Assembly (NCBI GenBank): GCA_965199955.1
Contig: CBDATQ010000002.1
Coordinates: 416,001 to 480,000, forward strand
DNA: 64,000 bases
Direction: 5' to 3'
DNA from: Spirochaetia bacterium
GTDB lineage: Bacteria > Spirochaetota > Spirochaetia > SZUA-6 > Bin103
Shown: positions 29,158 to 38,366 of the stretch, piece after piece
How the letters are laid out: every line of letters starts with the position of its first letter
Position numbering within the stretch: the stretch's first letter is position 1
Position numbers and translations under genes: made by a program
Notes under the pieces: model-generated
Database searches by the model: none
The model's input: only the letters and a program-made list of their open reading frames with translations
What the model was told of the DNA's origin: nothing

Positions 29158-30201
29158 TCAGTCGTCGGTCGCGTGCAGGTCCACGGCGCACCGTTCGGCG
29201 GTGGCGCGGCGGGCGGCGGCGACGATGCGCAGGTTGTGCAGGGCTTGCGCGCCGCCGATCGGCGGCGGGGCGCCGCGCGCCAGGGCGTCGAAGGTGGCGG
29301 CGAAGTAGCGCCCGTGGCCGCTCTCCGCCCAGGCCGGCTGCGGCGGCAGCGCCACCACCTGCCACTGCGCGGTGCTGCGCGCGTATTGCCACAGCCCGCG
29401 TCCGCGGCGCATGACGCGCACGCCGCCGGCCGGGCCGTGCACCTCGGCCAGGTTGGCGGTCTCGCCGCCGGGGACGCACCAGGAGGTGGAAACCGTGGAC
29501 GGCGCGCCGTTCTCGTGCTCCAGCAGCAGCAGCGCCAGGTCGTCCACGTCGAAGGCGAAGCGCGCGGTCGCCACCCGCGCCTCGACGTAGCGCACGGGTG
29601 AGCCGACCAGGGTCTCCAGCAGGTAGATCTCGTGGTAGGCGGTGTCGTTGATGGCGCCGCCGCCCGCTGCGCGCGAGGCGCGCCACTCCCGGTTCGGGTC
29701 GGCGCGGTCGTCGGTCTTGTTGAACAGCGACTTGGCGCGCCCGAAGAAGGGCGTGCCCGCGGCGCCGTCGGTGAGCAGCGCCCGCGCCCGCTCCGACCCT
29801 TGAGCGAACAGGAAGTTGTGCACCACCGCGTAGGGCACGCCGTGGCGCTCCACCGCCGCCAGCACCTCCCGCGCCTGCTCCACGGAGGTGGCCATCGGCT
29901 TCTCGGAGACCACCGCCACACCCGCCGCCGCCGCGTCCATCGCGTGCGCGGCATGCATGTGGTGCGGCGTGGCGATGGTGACCGCGTCCAGCTCGGCGTG
30001 CTCCAGCATCTGCCGGTGGTCGGCGTAGCGCCGCTCCGGCGGCACGGCCAGCATCTCACCCATCTGCTGCAGGTTGTCGCTGACCGGATCGGCCAAGGCG
30101 GTGACCCGCACCAGGTCGGGAATCGACTGATACCCCGGCGCGTGTGCGATTCGCACGATGCCGCCGCAGCCGATCAGACCCAGGCGAACCGGTCTCTGCA
30201 T
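29158..30201 (-). CDS. Gfo/Idh/MocA oxidoreductase
   Basis: GLIGCGGI, ATPHHMH, SEKPMA, GGGAINDTAYH. Confidence 0.92.
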   Translation of the reverse strand: MQRPVRLGLIGCGGIVRIAHAPGYQSIPDLVRVTALADPVSDNLQQMGEMLAVPPERRYADHRQMLEHAELDAVTIATPHHMHAAHAMDAAAAGVAVVSEKPMATSVEQAREVLAAVERHGVPYAVVHNFLFAQGSERARALLTDGAAGTPFFGRAKSLFNKTDDRADPNREWRASRAAGGGAINDTAYHEIYLLETLVGSPVRYVEARVATARFAFDVDDLALLLLEHENGAPSTVSTSWCVPGGETANLAEVHGPAGGVRVMRRGRGLWQYARSTAQWQVVALPPQPAWAESGHGRYFAATFDALARGAPPPIGGAQALHNLRIVAAARRATAERCAVDLHATDD

Positions 30202-30206
30202 CCCGG

Positions 30207-31433
30207 CTATCCCAGCTCGACCACCCGCCGCTCCAGGCGGGACCGCTCCGCAGCGAACGCGATGCGGTGGGTGTCGAGGGACACCGCCACGTCGGTGACG
30301 ACCGACGAGCGGTCACCGGTGTGGATGGCCCGCAGCCACGAATCCACCACCCGGCGGTCTCCGCCGCCGTGGCCGCCGGATTCCGGCTCGATGGTGATGC
30401 GATCGACCACGTTCTCCCCCAGGCGCCGCACCTCGATGCCGTCCTCGGAGAACTCCGCGACCCCCTCGGTACCGTGCACGCGGGTGCGCCGGCCGCCGAC
30501 GGCGGTGAAGCCGGTCATCGTGAACGTGGCGGTGACGCCGCCGTCGAACTCCAGCGCCACGATCTGGTTGTCGACGACGTCGTTGTCGCACCGCCACACG
30601 CAGCGGCCGTGGGGGCCGTCGGTGATGGCCTGCAACTGGGCCTCACGGCTGTGGTCGAGGGTCAGCCAGCTCACCGGCCCGCCGTCGCGATCGGTATCGG
30701 CGTAGAGCTTGATCGCCGAATAGACGCAGTCGGGCTCAATGTCGCAGTCCACGCAACGCTCGCCGCTGCCGGCGGGGGCGTGCTCGGCGCGAAAGTAGGT
30801 GAGCGACCCGAACGAGCTGACCGCCCGGCACGGCCGTTCCACCAGGTAGGCCAGGTAGTCGACGTCGTGGCAGCTCTTGGCCAGGAGCATGAAGGACGAG
30901 CGCCCCTCGTTTCCCCACTTGCCGCGCACGAAGCTGTGGGCCTGGTGCCACCACTGCACCTGCTCCAGGTGATCCACGGTGACCACGCTGCCGATGCGGC
31001 CGGAGCTCACGACCTCCTTGAGGATCCGGAAGGGGCGCCCGTAGCGCATCGAGTGGCACACCGCCGTGATCGCCTTCGAGTCGGCGGCGGCCGCCGCGAT
31101 GCGCTCGCACTCTTCCAGCGACGGCGCCATGGGCTTCTCCATGAGCAGGTGGTGGCCGGCGGCCAGGGCGGCGAGCGACGGCTCGGTGTGGTCGCGGTCC
31201 ATCGTCGTGACCAGCACCGCGTCCAGCGGCACGGATGCGGCGAACAGGTCGCGCCAGTCGCGGAAGCGGTGGCGCTCCTCGATGCCGTGGGTATGCGCGA
31301 AGTCTTCGCGGTAGTCGTCGCGCGGCTCGGCGACCGCGACGATGTCGGCCCACCGCGGACGGCTGGCGATCAGGTTGCCGAGCGACCGGCCCCTGCCGCC
31401 GGCGCCGATGACGGCTACGCGTTGAGAACTCAT
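30207..31433 (-). CDS. Gfo/Idh/MocA oxidoreductase
   Basis: VIGAGGRG, MEKPMA, HSFVRGKW, LLAKSCHDVD, GHGGGD. Confidence 0.92.
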   Translation of the reverse strand: MSSQRVAVIGAGGRGRSLGNLIASRPRWADIVAVAEPRDDYREDFAHTHGIEERHRFRDWRDLFAASVPLDAVLVTTMDRDHTEPSLAALAAGHHLLMEKPMAPSLEECERIAAAAADSKAITAVCHSMRYGRPFRILKEVVSSGRIGSVVTVDHLEQVQWWHQAHSFVRGKWGNEGRSSFMLLAKSCHDVDYLAYLVERPCRAVSSFGSLTYFRAEHAPAGSGERCVDCDIEPDCVYSAIKLYADTDRDGGPVSWLTLDHSREAQLQAITDGPHGRCVWRCDNDVVDNQIVALEFDGGVTATFTMTGFTAVGGRRTRVHGTEGVAEFSEDGIEVRRLGENVVDRITIEPESGGHGGGDRRVVDSWLRAIHTGDRSSVVTDVAVSLDTHRIAFAAERSRLERRVVELG

Positions 31434-31481
31434 CGCCTCAGAGTAGTGGCGGTCAGCTTGGGCGGCAAGGCGGTGGCGGCG

Positions 31482-32627
31482 CTACCCCTTGCCGGTGATG
31501 GCGTAGGGATCGGCGGCGTCGCGCACCCCGTCGCCGACAAAGTTGTAGAGCAGCACCGTCACGATCACGAACAGCGCCGGCGTCAGCAGCCACGGATAGA
31601 TGGCGATGCTGGTCACGTTCTGCGCTCCCTGCAGCAGCGTCCCCCAGCTCACCGCGGGCGGCTGGATCCCCAGCCCCAGGAAGCTCAGCGCCGTCTCGCC
31701 CAGGATCATGCGGGGTACCGCCAGGGTGAGGCTGACGATCAGGTAGCTCAGGAAGCCGGGCAGGAGGTGGCCGGCGATGATCTTCCCGGCGCGCGTGCCT
31801 GCCAGCCGGGCGGCGGTCACGTACTCGTACTCGCGCAGCTCCAGCAGCTTGCCGCGCACCACGCGCGCCACGCCGGTCCAGCCCAGTACCGACAGAATGA
31901 TGGTGATGGTGAAGTAGGTGCGCAGGATCGGCCAGTTCACGGGGATGACCGCGCTCAGCGCCATCCAGAGCGGTATGCCGGGAATGGAGTTGAAAACCTC
32001 GATGAGGCGCTGGATGACCAGGTCGGGCACGCCGCCGAAGTAGCCGGAGATGCCGCCCAGGAGGCAGCCGAGCACGAAGCTGATCAGCACGCCCACCAGG
32101 CCGATGGTCAGGCTGACCCGGCTGCCAGCCAGCACGCGCGAGAACACGTCCCGGCCCAGCTCGTCGGCGCCCAGCAGGAACACGCGGCCCTCCCCGGCGT
32201 CGAACAGGTGCAGATCGGCGTCGATCGCGCCCCAGAACCGGTACGGCTCGCCGCGCACCAGGAAGCGCACCGGGTGGATCACCGAGCGGTCCTCCACGAA
32301 CTCGCGCTGGAAGGTCTCCATGTTCACCTTGCCCGTCAGTCCGTAAACGAAAGGAAGGCGCAGCCGGCCGTCGGGGTCGATCACGCGGACGAGCGTCGGC
32401 GGCGCGTGGACGAACCCCTCGTGCTGGGTCAGCGAGCCGTAGGGGGCGCAGAACTCGTAGGTGAAGGCAACCAGGTAGGCCGCGAGCAGTACGACGCCGG
32501 CGGCGACCGCCATGCGGTGCTTCCGGAACTTGCGCCACATCAACTGTCGCTGCGAGGCAATGAAGTAGCGCTCCTCCGCGGTCACGGCCGCGTCGGCTCT
32601 CTGCAACGCGGTGGTGTCGGTGGCCAC
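31482..32627 (-). CDS. Peptide/nickel ABC permease, DppC/OppC-type
   Basis: LGADELGRDVFSR, EYVTAARLAG, ETALSFLGLG, GDGVRDAADP. Confidence 0.93.
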   Translation of the reverse strand: MATDTTALQRADAAVTAEERYFIASQRQLMWRKFRKHRMAVAAGVVLLAAYLVAFTYEFCAPYGSLTQHEGFVHAPPTLVRVIDPDGRLRLPFVYGLTGKVNMETFQREFVEDRSVIHPVRFLVRGEPYRFWGAIDADLHLFDAGEGRVFLLGADELGRDVFSRVLAGSRVSLTIGLVGVLISFVLGCLLGGISGYFGGVPDLVIQRLIEVFNSIPGIPLWMALSAVIPVNWPILRTYFTITIILSVLGWTGVARVVRGKLLELREYEYVTAARLAGTRAGKIIAGHLLPGFLSYLIVSLTLAVPRMILGETALSFLGLGIQPPAVSWGTLLQGAQNVTSIAIYPWLLTPALFVIVTVLLYNFVGDGVRDAADPYAITGKG

Positions 32628-32628
32628 G

Positions 32629-33624
32629 TCAGCCCTTGCGTTCGTAGGTGATGCGTGGGTCCACGACCACCAGCAGGATGTCCGAGATCAGGACGCCGAG
32701 CACGGCCAGCGCGCTGATCACCATCAACACGCTTCCGGACAGGTTGATGTCCTGGGCCCGCACGGCGGTGTACATCAGAGGACCGAGCGTCGGCAGGCCC
32801 AGGACGATGGCGACGATCGTCTCGCCGCTGATCAGCTCCGGCAGGACGCCGCCCACCCCGCTGACCATCGGGTTCAGCGCCAGCCGCACCGGGTACTTGA
32901 AGATCACGCGGGGCTCGGCGACTCCCTTCGCGCGGGCCGTGATCACGTACTGCTTGCCCAGCTCGTCGAGCAGCGTGCCGCGCATGACCCGGATCGTGCC
33001 CGCGGTGGCCGCGGTGCCGATCACGATGACCGGTATCCACAGGTGGCTGATCAGGTCCAGCAGCTTGGCCAGGCTCCACGGCTGCACCTCCATTCCGGGC
33101 GAATAGAAGCCGCCGATGCTCAGGTCGAAGAACTTGTAGAACACGTACAGCAAGATCAGCCCCAGCAGGAAGTTCGGCGTCGCCAGCCCGATGAAGCCCA
33201 GGGTGGTCAGGCTGTAGTCGGTCAGGCTGTACTGGTGGGTGGCGCTGTAGATGCCGATCGGGATCGCCACCAGGTAGGTGAACATGATGCTGATCAGCGA
33301 CAGCATGATGGTACCGCCCAGGCGTTCGGAGATCAGGTCGTTCACCGGGACGCCGCGGATCGAACGCCCCATGTCGCCGGACAGGAACTTGACCATCCAG
33401 TCGGCGTACTGCACCGGCAGGGGACGGTCCAGGCCGTACTGGCTGCGCAGCGCCACCGCCTCGGACTCGGAGACCACGTCGCCTTCCGCCTCCCGCTGCG
33501 CGACGATCGTGTCCACGGCGTCGCCCGGCGGCAACTGGATGACGATGTAGATCACCACGGTGATGACCGCGAGGGTCGCCACCATGTAGAGCAGGCGGCG
33601 CAGCAGATAGGTGGTGTAGTTCAT
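32629..33624 (-). CDS. Peptide/nickel ABC permease, DppB/OppB-type
   Basis: QLPPGD, YGLDRPL.VQY, YVITARAKG, VDPRI. Confidence 0.93.
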   Translation of the reverse strand: MNYTTYLLRRLLYMVATLAVITVVIYIVIQLPPGDAVDTIVAQREAEGDVVSESEAVALRSQYGLDRPLPVQYADWMVKFLSGDMGRSIRGVPVNDLISERLGGTIMLSLISIMFTYLVAIPIGIYSATHQYSLTDYSLTTLGFIGLATPNFLLGLILLYVFYKFFDLSIGGFYSPGMEVQPWSLAKLLDLISHLWIPVIVIGTAATAGTIRVMRGTLLDELGKQYVITARAKGVAEPRVIFKYPVRLALNPMVSGVGGVLPELISGETIVAIVLGLPTLGPLMYTAVRAQDINLSGSVLMVISALAVLGVLISDILLVVVDPRITYERKG

Positions 33625-33630
33625 TTCTGG

Positions 33631-33677
33631 GAAAAGGAAAGGGAGAATGAACGGCAGGTCCTGCCGCCCATTCTCCC
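33631..33677 (-). terminator. Stem-loop plus U-tract between binding protein and permease genes
   Basis: Minus strand reads GGGAGAATGGGCGGCAG-GAC-CTGCCGTTCATTCTCCC (17-bp stem with G:U pairs), then TTTCCTTTT. Confidence 0.7.
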
Positions 33678-33705
33678 GCAGGTCACGTCCGGTTCGGAGG
33701 CTCGC

Positions 33706-35628
33706 TTACTCCGCGATGTACCACTGTTCCGGCTTGTACGGGGCGTAGAAGTTGGTGTCGGAGCCCCAGAAGATGTTCTCGGAGGGAATGTTCCTCATGC
33801 GGTTGTGGATGATCACCGGATGCGGCGCCAGCCCGACGGTCGGGATGATCGGCAGCTCGTTGGCGAAGTACTCGTAGTACGCCCTGCCGCGCTCGACCGC
33901 TTCCGGCGTGCCGGTGGCGGCCTGCTTGAACGACTGCCAGCGCTCGTTGAGCGCCTTGATCTCGTCCGGGGGCTCGATGCCGATCTCGCCGCCGGTGACG
34001 AACCACAGGCACCATTGGCGGCCCCAGCTATTCGCCGTGCAGCGCTCGAAGGCGAACTCGTCCGGCGTGCCACGCCCGAGCAGGGTGGTGCGGCCCAGGT
34101 GCCATGCCGCGATCGCCGTCTGGTTGGTGTCCAGCCGTTCGCGGAGCAGGGCGCCGTCGATCACCTTGCAGGCGCCGTCGATGCCCACCTGGCGCCAGTC
34201 GTTGGAGATGAGCTCGCAGATCGCCTGCTTCGGCCCCTCCAGGACGCCGATCTCGATCACCAGGCTGAGGCGCGTGCCGTCATCGGGGCGCACGCGGAAG
34301 CCGTCAGCGTCGCGCTTGGAGAGCCCGACGGAGTCGAGGAGCTGGTTGGCTCGATCTGGATCGTAGGCCAGGTTGTCGTTGTACCAGGCCGGATCGAAGA
34401 ACTCCATGGTGTTCAGAGGCGTCGCCGGGTGCGGGTCGCCCATTCCGAAGAAGACGATTTCGTTCATCTGCTCGCGGTTTAGGGCCACCGACAGCGCAAC
34501 CCGGAAATCGCGGTTGTTGAACAGGTCGGTCAGCACCGGCTCGTCGATGTTGTGGTTGATGAACAGCACCAGCTCCGCGGTGCGCAGCGACTGCGCGATG
34601 ATCGTCCGGTAGTCGCCCTGCGCCTCGCCCGCCTTGTAGGTGGGCAGGCTGGGCGCGGTGGCGTAGTAGGCGGCGAAGTCTACCTCGCCCGACGAGACCT
34701 TCAGGTCGTAGAGATCCCGGTCGGCGACGTGGACGACCTCCAGCCGGTCGACGTAGGGAAGCTGGTTGCCGGCCGTGTCGACGTGGTGGTAGTAGGCGTT
34801 GCGCACCAGCAACACGCGATCGCTCTCGATCACCTCCGGCGTGTGCATGTCCATGTAGGGGCGGCCGATGATCACGGCCGACTGGGTGTAGCCCTGCGTG
34901 CCGTGCGCCCGGAACATCCGAGTCCAGTCCTCGTAACCCAACTCGGCGGCGAGGGCGGCGGCGTCCTCGTTGAAGCCGGCGTGGAATCGCTTGAGGTAGT
35001 GCGCGGGCTGGAACAGCACGTTGTCGCCGGAGAAGTGGGTGCGCCCGAAGCGGTCCATGGCGACCGGGTTGGGGGCGGCCCAGGTGATGCTCAGCGTGTA
35101 GTCGTCCAGCGCCTCCCAGACCGCGGGTGCTCCGCCGATCGTGAAGAACGCGTCGATGCCGCGTGCCGAGAGCTCCTCATTGAGGATGTCCTGCTCCCAC
35201 TTGAACAGCATGTCGGCGGTGGTGAACGGCTCGCCGTCCGACCAGCGCAGCCCTTCGCGCAGCTTCAGGGTGAGGGTACGATTCTCGTTCGACCAGGCAT
35301 GGCTCTCGGCCAGGTCGGCCTCGAACGCGCTCGCCGTCTGGTTGTAGCGGAACAGGCCGGTGTGGCGTACCCGCAGGCCGATCGACATGCGGTCCACAGT
35401 GTCCATCATCCGGATCGGGCCGGCGCTGTAGGTGCCGATCGAGTCGAACGGCTCGACCACCAGCGGATTGGACGGCAGCCGCTCCTCCACGGGCGGCAGA
35501 TCGCCGGCCTCGACCATGGCGGCCAGCATCGGCGCCTCCTGGTACGTCATCTGTGCGAAGGCGGTGCCTCCGGCGAGCATCGACAGCGCCAGGGCCGCGA
35601 GCACTCTCCGTACTACGGTCACTTTCAT
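33706..35628 (-). CDS. ABC substrate-binding protein, family 5
   Basis: AAGGAG SD and signal peptide (GTAFAQ); EAPML…GDLPPVEERLP..P, LREGLRWSDGEPFT, GNQLPYVD. Confidence 0.93.
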   Translation of the reverse strand: MKVTVVRRVLAALALSMLAGGTAFAQMTYQEAPMLAAMVEAGDLPPVEERLPSNPLVVEPFDSIGTYSAGPIRMMDTVDRMSIGLRVRHTGLFRYNQTASAFEADLAESHAWSNENRTLTLKLREGLRWSDGEPFTTADMLFKWEQDILNEELSARGIDAFFTIGGAPAVWEALDDYTLSITWAAPNPVAMDRFGRTHFSGDNVLFQPAHYLKRFHAGFNEDAAALAAELGYEDWTRMFRAHGTQGYTQSAVIIGRPYMDMHTPEVIESDRVLLVRNAYYHHVDTAGNQLPYVDRLEVVHVADRDLYDLKVSSGEVDFAAYYATAPSLPTYKAGEAQGDYRTIIAQSLRTAELVLFINHNIDEPVLTDLFNNRDFRVALSVALNREQMNEIVFFGMGDPHPATPLNTMEFFDPAWYNDNLAYDPDRANQLLDSVGLSKRDADGFRVRPDDGTRLSLVIEIGVLEGPKQAICELISNDWRQVGIDGACKVIDGALLRERLDTNQTAIAAWHLGRTTLLGRGTPDEFAFERCTANSWGRQWCLWFVTGGEIGIEPPDEIKALNERWQSFKQAATGTPEAVERGRAYYEYFANELPIIPTVGLAPHPVIIHNRMRNIPSENIFWGSDTNFYAPYKPEQWYIAE

Positions 35629-35725
35629 CGTTACTCCTTGTGCGTGGGCGGGCCTGGAAGCCTGCCCGATTGGAATCGACGCGCAGGGTATCGCAGGCGG
35701 GCGCACCGGGCAAGTTGGGCTGCGG

Positions 35726-36015
35726 CGGTAGTGGGGTCTTTGAAATCGTGGCCGGAGATGGGGCTGCGGTGGCAGACCGGAACGCGCGAGGTGTGCATAG
35801 ACCTTTCCGTCGCGCTTGGTGAACCGGGGGATGGCGCTCCTACGGCGCCCGGAGCTGCTGCCGCTGGACCCCAGCTCCGCCATGGTACCAAAGGACGCCC
35901 CGCTGATGGTCGTATGGGGTCTATTGAAATCGCGCCCGCGAGGGCGGGCGGGGAGCACGGGCGGCGAACGCCGCCGGCACCGACCCAAGCGGCGATCTCG
36001 CAGTGCTGGCTGGGG
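35726..36015. repeat. Left member of a dispersed inverted-repeat pair
   Basis: CGGTAGTGGGG (35726-36) and CGCAGTGCTGGCTGGGG (35999-36015) recur inverted at 44323-33 and 44285-44301. Internal near-repeat GGGGTCT(A)TTGAAATCG at 35733 and 35916. Confidence 0.6.
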
Positions 36016-36089
36016 CGCGGCGCTCCGATAGCGCCGCGTGATCTGGCGAGGGGTATCGTTCCGAATAACGCTTGACCAGAGAGTAAGGC

Positions 36090-37013
36090 ATGGCGACACT
36101 AGCGGTTGGTATGAACGAATCGAGCAGACAACCTCCCCTCAAAGTAATAGCGGGAGCTCCTGGTCGTCCCTTGGTCGTCGGGGACATCAAGATCCAATGC
36201 TACGTCTTGGAAGACGAGCAGCGCGTGCTTACGCAGAGGGGTTTTGGTGGTGCCCTTGTCGACAATTCTGATGCCGGTGATGAAATGACCAGATTAGTGG
36301 GGCGAGAATGGCTTAAACCATTTCTCAGCAGCGACTTAATGCCGGTGCTGAAAATCCCTGTCGCGTTCGCCAACCCGCAGGGCGGAGGATTGGCGTATGG
36401 CTACCCCGCCTCTCTTCTTGTCGACATCTGCAACGCGATCATTCAGGCGGCAGATGAGGGCAGCACAACGTCGCGGCAAGAGCCGCTTTTGAAGAATGCG
36501 AAGAAGCTCATCAGCGGGTTTGCCAAGATCGGCATCATTGCATTGGTTGACGAGGCTACGGGGTACCAGGAGATCCGTGCCAAACGCGACCTCGCGGCGA
36601 TTCTCGAGCGGTTCCTTTCGGAAGAACTGCGGCCGTGGTCTAGGACGTTTCCTTCGGAGTTCTACGAACACATCTTTCGCTTGAAGAATTGGCCTGTTAA
36701 CCCTGCAAGCAATCGTCCATCCGTGATAGGACACTACACCAACGACATCGTCTATGCGCGACTGGCTCCTGGCGTCCTTGATGAGTTGAAGCGCCGCAAC
36801 CCGGTGGTGCCGAGCACGGGCAGGCGGTCGCACAAGCACCACCAGTGGTTCACTGTGGACATCGGCCATCCCAAGCTGCGCGAACATCTTGTGGCGGTGA
36901 CTGCTCTCATGAGGTCCGCGTCATCATGGGATGATTTCAAGACGCGGTTGCAGATGGCCTTTCCTGCCTACGAAACGGACATGCTGTTGCCGTTTCGCGA
37001 CGCGGAACACTGA
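36090..37013 (+). CDS. P63C domain-containing protein (phage/MGE-associated)
   Basis: CYVLED..RVL, GIIALVDEATGYQE.R, W..TFP.EFY..IFRL..W, IGHYTNDIVYARLAPGVL.EL…NP, HHQW.T…GHP.L..HL. Lower GC than neighbours. Confidence 0.88.
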   Translation: MATLAVGMNESSRQPPLKVIAGAPGRPLVVGDIKIQCYVLEDEQRVLTQRGFGGALVDNSDAGDEMTRLVGREWLKPFLSSDLMPVLKIPVAFANPQGGGLAYGYPASLLVDICNAIIQAADEGSTTSRQEPLLKNAKKLISGFAKIGIIALVDEATGYQEIRAKRDLAAILERFLSEELRPWSRTFPSEFYEHIFRLKNWPVNPASNRPSVIGHYTNDIVYARLAPGVLDELKRRNPVVPSTGRRSHKHHQWFTVDIGHPKLREHLVAVTALMRSASSWDDFKTRLQMAFPAYETDMLLPFRDAEH

Positions 37014-37106
37014 CGCCACAACCTCGCTGAGCCGGTGCAGGATGGCAGGCGACCGAGAGAAGCGGGGGCAGGGCCGGCCTAATCGCAAGCGCGATACCGC
37101 CAGCGT

Positions 37107-37646
37107 TTAGGTGATCCCAATGGGCATGAGTGTTCTGCATCGGGTCTGGTTCAAGGAGCGCAGATACGCTATCTGGGCTTGCACCTGATCCATTATCCCA
37201 TCCAAAGACCGGAGGTAATTAAATAACGCGTCTTCCAGGGGGCTCGTGCTCGGAGGCGCGCGCAGCAAGTCCTCCATATTGAGGGGGAAACGAGGAAAAG
37301 CGTAAAGCAATTCGTCTATCTTGCTCTGAATCTCTTCTACAGAGAATCCGAGAGCTGTGGCGGCGCGAATTATCTTGTTATTGTTATTGAAGACAGATGT
37401 CAGTGAGGGCTCCTCGTCCGCAACGGTGGAAAGCGATGATGAAATCACGGCGACATCGACACGCGAAGAAAAGATCATGTTATTCAACGATAGCAGGGCG
37501 GAGTAGTCGCGATAAAGGTTATCGCACTGGCGGTTCTGATCCGAAACGACGACGGTATGAACTAGCGCAAAGGCGGCAAAGCTGAGAGACGCAGCGGACA
37601 TGATGTCTGTCCAGCCGAAGCGCCGAGCGCAGCGGGGCGAATTCAT
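37107..37646 (-). CDS. Hypothetical protein, N-terminal TM plus helical domain, low GC
   Basis: 179-aa ORF in AT-richer DNA; ATGA overlap with the upstream remnant. Confidence 0.55.
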   Translation of the reverse strand: MNSPRCARRFGWTDIMSAASLSFAAFALVHTVVVSDQNRQCDNLYRDYSALLSLNNMIFSSRVDVAVISSSLSTVADEEPSLTSVFNNNNKIIRAATALGFSVEEIQSKIDELLYAFPRFPLNMEDLLRAPPSTSPLEDALFNYLRSLDGIMDQVQAQIAYLRSLNQTRCRTLMPIGIT

Positions 37647-38127
37647 GCGCCCTTCATGGGGAGCATGTCGCAATCGTCAGCCCAAACGGAATCCTCGCGG
37701 ATCGCGTCAAACCAGCACCTGCCCTCAGCGCCGCGGTACTTCCTTTTGATCCCCGCCAAGACTCAGACGCTTGGGTAGTCAGTGAGCAGGATCCGGGTCA
37801 CGAACACATCATCCGCGGTGAACTCGTGCTGGCACATCACTACGCGCCGATAGCTGTCGCCCAAATCCAGCGCCCCGTGGAACAGGAGGTGTCGCCGGGC
37901 GCGAACATGTCCCACGAGCTGGTTACCACCGCAGGGGTCCATTTGGCCCTGGGCAGCCCGGCGAAGTCCTCAATGGCGAGGAAGGTAGCCTCGGAGACGA
38001 ACTCCCCGTCGTCGTCCGCTGCTACCGTGAGCGGCGCGAGGAGGACCACCACGGTGAACAGGGCAGCCACAGCACCCTCTCTATGTGTCCCATGGATCAA
38101 TGGGCAAGCTCGCTCTGGGCGCGTCAT
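37643..38127 (-). pseudogene. Degraded exported hypothetical protein
   Basis: Signal-like start (ALFTVVVLLAPLTVAA), a frameshift near 37890 and an in-frame TGA at 37763. The second frame runs to a stop overlapping the next ATG. Confidence 0.35.
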
Positions 38128-38366
38128 GCGCGCCCCAAGGTGGCGTCTACGCTTATCGTGCCGCTGTAGGTGCCGGCCACATGTGACACCCGGTTCATGC
38201 TGCTGCGGTCGCCGCGAGCAGCACAGCAGCCACGATGGTCGCCGTCGTCGCCGATCAACTTCATGGGTCGGTATAATATCGCTTGACCGTAGCCTTGACT
38301 ACACCCCGCATTGCCTTCACCAGGAATCTAACCCTGCCGAAAGCGTGCCTCACCTAAAAATCTAAC

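Noticed and set aside
35733..35932. Possible CRISPR remnant (two motifs ending TTGAAAT)
   Set aside because: Only two ~16-bp copies 183 bp apart, no regular spacers and no cas genes.
35629..36089. Riboswitch upstream of the binding-protein gene
   Set aside because: No recognisable aptamer consensus by eye; an Rfam scan would be needed to exclude one.
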